Positions 34,570 to 38,724 of a DNA stretch of 38,724 nucleotides are shown here, piece by piece; the stretch's first letter is position 1; each line of letters opens with the position of its first letter. Where the stretch lies: NCBI GenBank assembly GCA_963934255.1, contig CAWVXU010000016.1, forward strand, positions 1 to 38,724, given 5' to 3'. Origin of the DNA: an uncultured Fibrobacterales bacterium. Its GTDB lineage: Bacteria; Fibrobacterota; Fibrobacteria; Fibrobacterales; CAWVXU01. Position numbers and translations under genes: made by a program. The notes under the pieces are model-generated. The model was given only the letters and a program-made list of their open reading frames with translations. It ran no database searches and was not told where the DNA came from.

Positions 34570-37077
34570 CTAGTAGTCTAATTTACTTTGAGCAGCTTGA
34601 AGGCGTATATCAGGTAAATCAATGATATGAACATTAAATGCCCAACCTTCAGCCGGTCCTTTTGGGGTCCATCTAAATTCTAATTTCCAACAATGTAAAA
34701 GACGAGTAAAGTTGAAGCTGTGTTCTGCAAATTCTCCATCTTGAAAATTATAATGAGTATTATATCTCATATCCCATTTGGGAGTGGGGTGAAGAGCAAT
34801 TTGCGCTGAGCTTGTATGAAATTCACTCGTTTGAAAAGCTGTCTGTGACACTCTCGTAGTGCGGTAGCCATAGCTGTAGTTTAAGCCTGCGCTCCAATCA
34901 GTCATGAGATATTTACCATTAAGAGAAGGGAAACCACCATTGAAATCTCCTCGCCATGCAAGGCTCTTGTTGAGTGAGTATTTGTACTCTCTAAGGATAG
35001 GGGTGCTTTGTTGAGTATTAGGTGTTGTAGAATATGGATCATAAAGGGTGTGAATAAAATTGACATTAAATCGATAAGAGTCGGTGATTTGAAGGCCTAC
35101 TTGAGACGTTATATCTGACCAATTTAAAGAGTCGGCTGCTAAGTTATAGCTAGCATTAGATCTGGTGGAAAGAATTTTAATGTTGTTATATTCAGGCTGA
35201 AGAGCTGTTTTAGTCATAGAACTGTCCTCCTCTGACTGTAAACTTTTTTTGGCATGGGTCACATAGCGTGTGATATACTTCAGATCAAAGTCATTTCCTA
35301 GTCCATAACCAATTGCTTGCTGCTCACTTTGATAAGGAGTTGAGTGAATGACAGGATTTTTAACGAAGGTCTTGTTTGAATCAATTTCGGGAGCAAATGT
35401 ATACGAAATATTTGGGAGGATTGTGTGGCGTATGCCAAAAAAACGTTGAATCTCTGGTCGCCAAATCCCATAGAGTTTGGTGTCTAGATTGAGTCGAGCA
35501 TTATATTTACCAAAGTATGAGCCATAGTTTTTTTCGGCAGGGTCAAGCTGATAGCGGTTAGGTTGTATTGTGTCAATTGAATTGTAGTCTTTGTTGTATG
35601 AGTGAGCGCTCCACATGCCATTATAGCTCAAGCTAGGCGTGACATTCACGACATCAAAAAGCGAGCCAGTATAATCTAAACTTAAATTGTCATTTGTCCC
35701 TATCCAAAGAGTGTCATTTATACCAGTGGAATCTTCAATAATCCTTTGGTGTTGATTTCCTCTTAGTTGGTATCTATAGTTGAGCTTCTCATACCAGCTA
35801 GCCGTCGTACTGGTATCAAATTCGGCATAATCTGAACGAGGAATTAATGGTCCACTTGAAGTAAACTGAAGATCAGGTATATTTCGAGTAGTTTTTCTCG
35901 TGTTAATTCCATTGCTTTTAACCTCCTTGAGATCTCGCTCTTGTTGAAGCTCGGCACTAAAGGTTGAGTTATTTTTGAATTGATGCCTCAGAGCCATTCG
36001 TGCATTGGCTTGCTGATCCAAAACGGTTGATTTGTCCAAACCCTTTTCTTGACGTACATCAGATTTAGAAACAAAACTACCTGAACCTGTCAATGTTGTT
36101 CGACCATCTGGAGTGAGTTTCTGGTCGTGATTAAAATGTATATCCCATTCAGATCCTTTTTCACCCAATTGGTCCAAGTAGAGCGCTCCATCCACATTGC
36201 CATCAAGCTCGTAACGTTTTTTATATCTGAAATTACTTTTGGCTGTAGTCTTGTCAAAGTCACCTGCAGAGCCTTCAACGAGGTCCGTTCTGAAGTCCCA
36301 ATCCATATAATCATTAATTGCCCAATAATAACCAAGGTCTCGCATATAGAAGCCTTGAGCCTGATCACCACCATATTTGGGCATCAGCAAACCACTTTGA
36401 CGTCCGTTGGACATTGGATTGACAATGATAGGGAGTATCGCAATAGGAACATCTGCAATATTAAGCACTACTGGCTTGGCTACAATACTTTCTTTGGGTT
36501 TAATCAACATGCGCCTAGAGTAGAAGTAATAGTGTTGTTCATCTAAAGTGTCACAGCTAGAAAAATCACCTCGTGAAATGGCTAAGCGGCCGTCTTCTAA
36601 TCGACGAATATCCATTCCATTAAATTGTTGGCTTTCCCTATAGGACGACCCATAAAATACTTGTCCGACCTTTTTCTTGAGATTGTATTTCATTTTATAA
36701 CCGGCAATGGGCGGGTTTGAGCGGTCTTTAATGACGGGAGAACCGACAGCCTCAAGCACTTGGCTTTGTGTTTGGTAAATTATAGTGTCGGCAGATAGGT
36801 CTGCACCTTTGTATTTCAGAGAAGCCTTTTCATTAAGTTCTAGTGTTTTAGTCTGAAGGTTGTATTCGAGTTCGACAGATTGATACTCAACTGTGTCAGG
36901 CCCGCTAGGGGTGTCTTGATTCTCTAGCTGGTCCTTGAGGGCTTCATCTTGTTCAAATATTTCCAGGTTGAGTTCTTCATCACTCACAAGACCGGAGTCC
37001 ACGACTTGGAGAGTCTGAGCCGAAGTGGCTGAGACTAAAATCCAAACAGTGAGCAAAAATACAGTCTTCAGTTTCAT
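34570..37077 (-). CDS. lptD: LPS-assembly outer-membrane protein LptD-like
   Basis: Signal peptide; N-terminal OstA-like region, FSSCD, RQSGLLMPKYG, LGYYWAINDY; C-terminal TRLLHCWKLEFRW. Confidence 0.85.
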   Translation of the reverse strand: MKLKTVFLLTVWILVSATSAQTLQVVDSGLVSDEELNLEIFEQDEALKDQLENQDTPSGPDTVEYQSVELEYNLQTKTLELNEKASLKYKGADLSADTIIYQTQSQVLEAVGSPVIKDRSNPPIAGYKMKYNLKKKVGQVFYGSSYRESQQFNGMDIRRLEDGRLAISRGDFSSCDTLDEQHYYFYSRRMLIKPKESIVAKPVVLNIADVPIAILPIIVNPMSNGRQSGLLMPKYGGDQAQGFYMRDLGYYWAINDYMDWDFRTDLVEGSAGDFDKTTAKSNFRYKKRYELDGNVDGALYLDQLGEKGSEWDIHFNHDQKLTPDGRTTLTGSGSFVSKSDVRQEKGLDKSTVLDQQANARMALRHQFKNNSTFSAELQQERDLKEVKSNGINTRKTTRNIPDLQFTSSGPLIPRSDYAEFDTSTTASWYEKLNYRYQLRGNQHQRIIEDSTGINDTLWIGTNDNLSLDYTGSLFDVVNVTPSLSYNGMWSAHSYNKDYNSIDTIQPNRYQLDPAEKNYGSYFGKYNARLNLDTKLYGIWRPEIQRFFGIRHTILPNISYTFAPEIDSNKTFVKNPVIHSTPYQSEQQAIGYGLGNDFDLKYITRYVTHAKKSLQSEEDSSMTKTALQPEYNNIKILSTRSNASYNLAADSLNWSDITSQVGLQITDSYRFNVNFIHTLYDPYSTTPNTQQSTPILREYKYSLNKSLAWRGDFNGGFPSLNGKYLMTDWSAGLNYSYGYRTTRVSQTAFQTSEFHTSSAQIALHPTPKWDMRYNTHYNFQDGEFAEHSFNFTRLLHCWKLEFRWTPKGPAEGWAFNVHIIDLPDIRLQAAQSKLDY

Positions 37078-37133
37078 TTGACCCAAGAATATGTTGTAAT
37101 ATGAATAAAGTTAGCAATTTGAATGGAGTAAAA

Positions 37134-37482
37134 ATGTTGAAGTTGGAACGAATAGTTATTCCTGTATATCGAGACCACTTAATCAAGGGTGTTTTAGATG
37201 GCGCGCTTGAATTAGCAGAACAATTTTCATCTGAGAGTTCGTTTCATATATGCTAATTCCCCTCAAGCGGATTATCTGATACCATACGAGCATGAAGACC
37301 AAGTAGCACTGAAGGTCAAAAAAAAATGCAACCTAATCACGTTCGCTTAAATGATTTATTTAGCAATATATGAGTCTATATTGGGTTCAAATGGCCAACG
37401 AATTCTTGAAGCATCTGAAATTTCTTTACTTGCCCTGCTAAGTCATCATAGTGAGAATAAAACCAAAAAATCCCAACGTTAA
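37134..37482 (+). pseudogene. Universal stress protein (Usp) remnant
   Basis: GGAG RBS then MLKLERIVIPV...ALELAEQFSSE; +1 frameshift near 37236 to VRFIYANSP...KKKCNLITFA; stop at 37348; same frame resumes ESILGSNGQRILEASEISLLAL. Confidence 0.65.
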
Positions 37483-37526
37483 AAGGTTAGAATTTTTTAA
37501 TCATTGTATAAATTGGTCTCCGTAAC

Positions 37527-38210
37527 CTAATCAATAAGGTTGTAATGTTTTGCTTGACTCTTATTGCCAATATATTGAGTAATGCTGAGATGCACAACCT
37601 TGTCTATAGTCTCTTCGGCCTTTCTCTTAAGTATATAAGACGCCCCAATCCACTCTTCAATTTTGAGTGTAGAATTTGATTTGGCACTATATTCGACTTT
37701 GAAACTTGCAGCCTCTTGGATACTTAAGTCGCGAGACTCAATCAGAAGAGTATCTGGCTTGATACTTGTTAATCTTGCAACTCTCGAATTGTATTGAAGG
37801 AGAAAGGGTGATACCCCTGTTAGGCTTTCGTTTTGAATGACACGAACACTATCGATATCGAGGGTGTCATTTGTTTTATAAAAACTATTCTCATTCAGTT
37901 TGATGCGGTCACTAATAGCCCCGTCTTCGGGTATTTTTACACCTTGAAAATACATGGTATTAGATTCATTTTCTTTTAAACTATAGTAAGAATAGTTTGT
38001 TGATTGAAGAATACCATCTTCAAATACTTGAGATTTGTACACATAGGTGCTGGTACTGTCAACTTTGAGCCGATACACAACTGCTGGTTCAGTTTGGGTC
38101 CCGTTAGCTGAATTGCCTGTAGGGTTTTCATCGCTGCATGATGTTGCTAATGCGGTGAGGGTTAAAAAGCCTAGTAGTAAAGTTGATTTTGTAATAACTT
38201 GAAAAAGCAT
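37527..38210 (-). CDS. Hypothetical beta-rich lipoprotein
   Basis: Lipobox LATS-C; AAGGGG RBS before ATG 38210; no recognised domain. Confidence 0.72.
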   Translation of the reverse strand: MLFQVITKSTLLLGFLTLTALATSCSDENPTGNSANGTQTEPAVVYRLKVDSTSTYVYKSQVFEDGILQSTNYSYYSLKENESNTMYFQGVKIPEDGAISDRIKLNENSFYKTNDTLDIDSVRVIQNESLTGVSPFLLQYNSRVARLTSIKPDTLLIESRDLSIQEAASFKVEYSAKSNSTLKIEEWIGASYILKRKAEETIDKVVHLSITQYIGNKSQAKHYNLID

Positions 38211-38372
38211 AAGGTCCCCTTGAGATTTATAGAATAACATAATTTCTCATCTTCTGCAAGTTTCTTAGAGGGAATTACAAACTAGATAGAGACATTTTTT
38301 AAACTGTTTTAACCCTGAATGATGGCTTTGCCGCCAATCGTCTAAATAAGAAACCCACCTGCGAGTTTATTA

Positions 38373-38595
38373 CTACCCTGCTGAATTGGCTCCAGCTGTT
38401 CTGCCGGCTTTGTTTGAATGAGTTGCTAAAGGAATATAATTGTCTTTTTCTAGTAGTTGATTCCAAGTTGAGGACACTCTCACTATCTAATTAAAGTTCA
38501 CCAAAAGCCTGTCCTTGGATGACATGAACGCCTTTCCCTCTTAGACTTCTTGCAGCGTAATTAGGAAATCCTGCTGACCATTGTTGTTGAGGTAG
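38373..38595 (-). pseudogene. Remnant of a CoA-disulfide reductase/NADH oxidase-family flavoprotein
   Basis: 38373-38477 translates ...NYIPLATHSNKAGRTAGANSAG*; 38491-38595 (different frame) gives ...ARSLRGKGVHVIQG...*. Confidence 0.5.
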
Positions 38596-38629
38596 CTAGA
38601 GAGGAGTGAGCGATTAATAATGGTGGATG

Positions 38630-38672
38630 AAAAAAAAGACAAAAAAGACAAAAAAAAGACAAAAAAAAAGAC
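38630..38672. repeat. Four tandem (A)nGAC units
   Basis: A8GAC, A6GAC, A8GAC, A9GAC. Confidence 0.9.
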
Positions 38673-38692
38673 CACTTGGAAAGTGATCTTTT
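38661..38692 (-). terminator. Terminator directly downstream of the tRNA
   Basis: Minus strand AAAAGATCACTT-TCC-AAGTGGTC-T9. Confidence 0.8.
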
Positions 38693-38694
38693 AA

Positions 38695-38724
38695 TGGCCT
38701 CGAGCAGAATTGAACTGCTGACAC
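38695..38724 (-). tRNA. 3' part of a tRNA, probably tRNA-Phe (anticodon outside the window)
   Basis: Minus strand GTGTC-AGCAG-TTCAATT-CTGCT-CGAGGCC-A: T-arm, acceptor strand and discriminator A. The GTGTC variable loop is typical of Phe. CCA is apparently not encoded. Confidence 0.85.

Noticed and set aside
734..37186. Numerous 60-140 aa ORFs nested in or antisense to real genes (e.g. 941-1165, 1600-1971, 27786-28124, 32236-32619, 36127-36546)
   Set aside because: They are shadow ORFs of well-supported genes, without RBS or domain evidence.
37100..38724. Intact integrative element or prophage at the tRNA
   Set aside because: No integrase, transposase or duplicated tRNA 3' end was seen in the window.

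Overview
AT-rich bacterial chromosomal window. It is probably from the FCB group (Fibrobacterota-like), inferred from the secreted-protein C-terminal domain, many lipoproteins and outer-membrane barrels. Most genes are housekeeping: tatA-tatC plus a TatB-like fusion, RNase D, trpS, cysM/rhodanese/OsmC, glnA, L31 type B, a sulfur cluster (TusA-domain, DUF2061, APS reductase, cysG, then mscS), a GT2, epmB-efp-epmA, lptD-NTP transferase-maf-rodZ-hisB, and the 3' end of a tRNA. The standout is a tightly coupled five-gene operon at 3979-9053. It encodes a single-chain FliF(RBM3)-TM-FliG fusion, a FlgO/CsgG-like protein fused to a beta-barrel, a TPR lipoprotein, and a PomA/PomB-like MotA/MotB stator. 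No FliM/FliN, export apparatus, rod, hook or flagellin genes are present in the window. This looks like a minimal flagellum-derived rotary machine of unknown function. The ORF track misses a TatB-like/5-formyl-THF cyclo-ligase fusion at the left edge and two decayed gene remnants (Usp; CoA-disulfide reductase-like) near the tRNA. All family calls come from motif recognition by eye; no searches were run.
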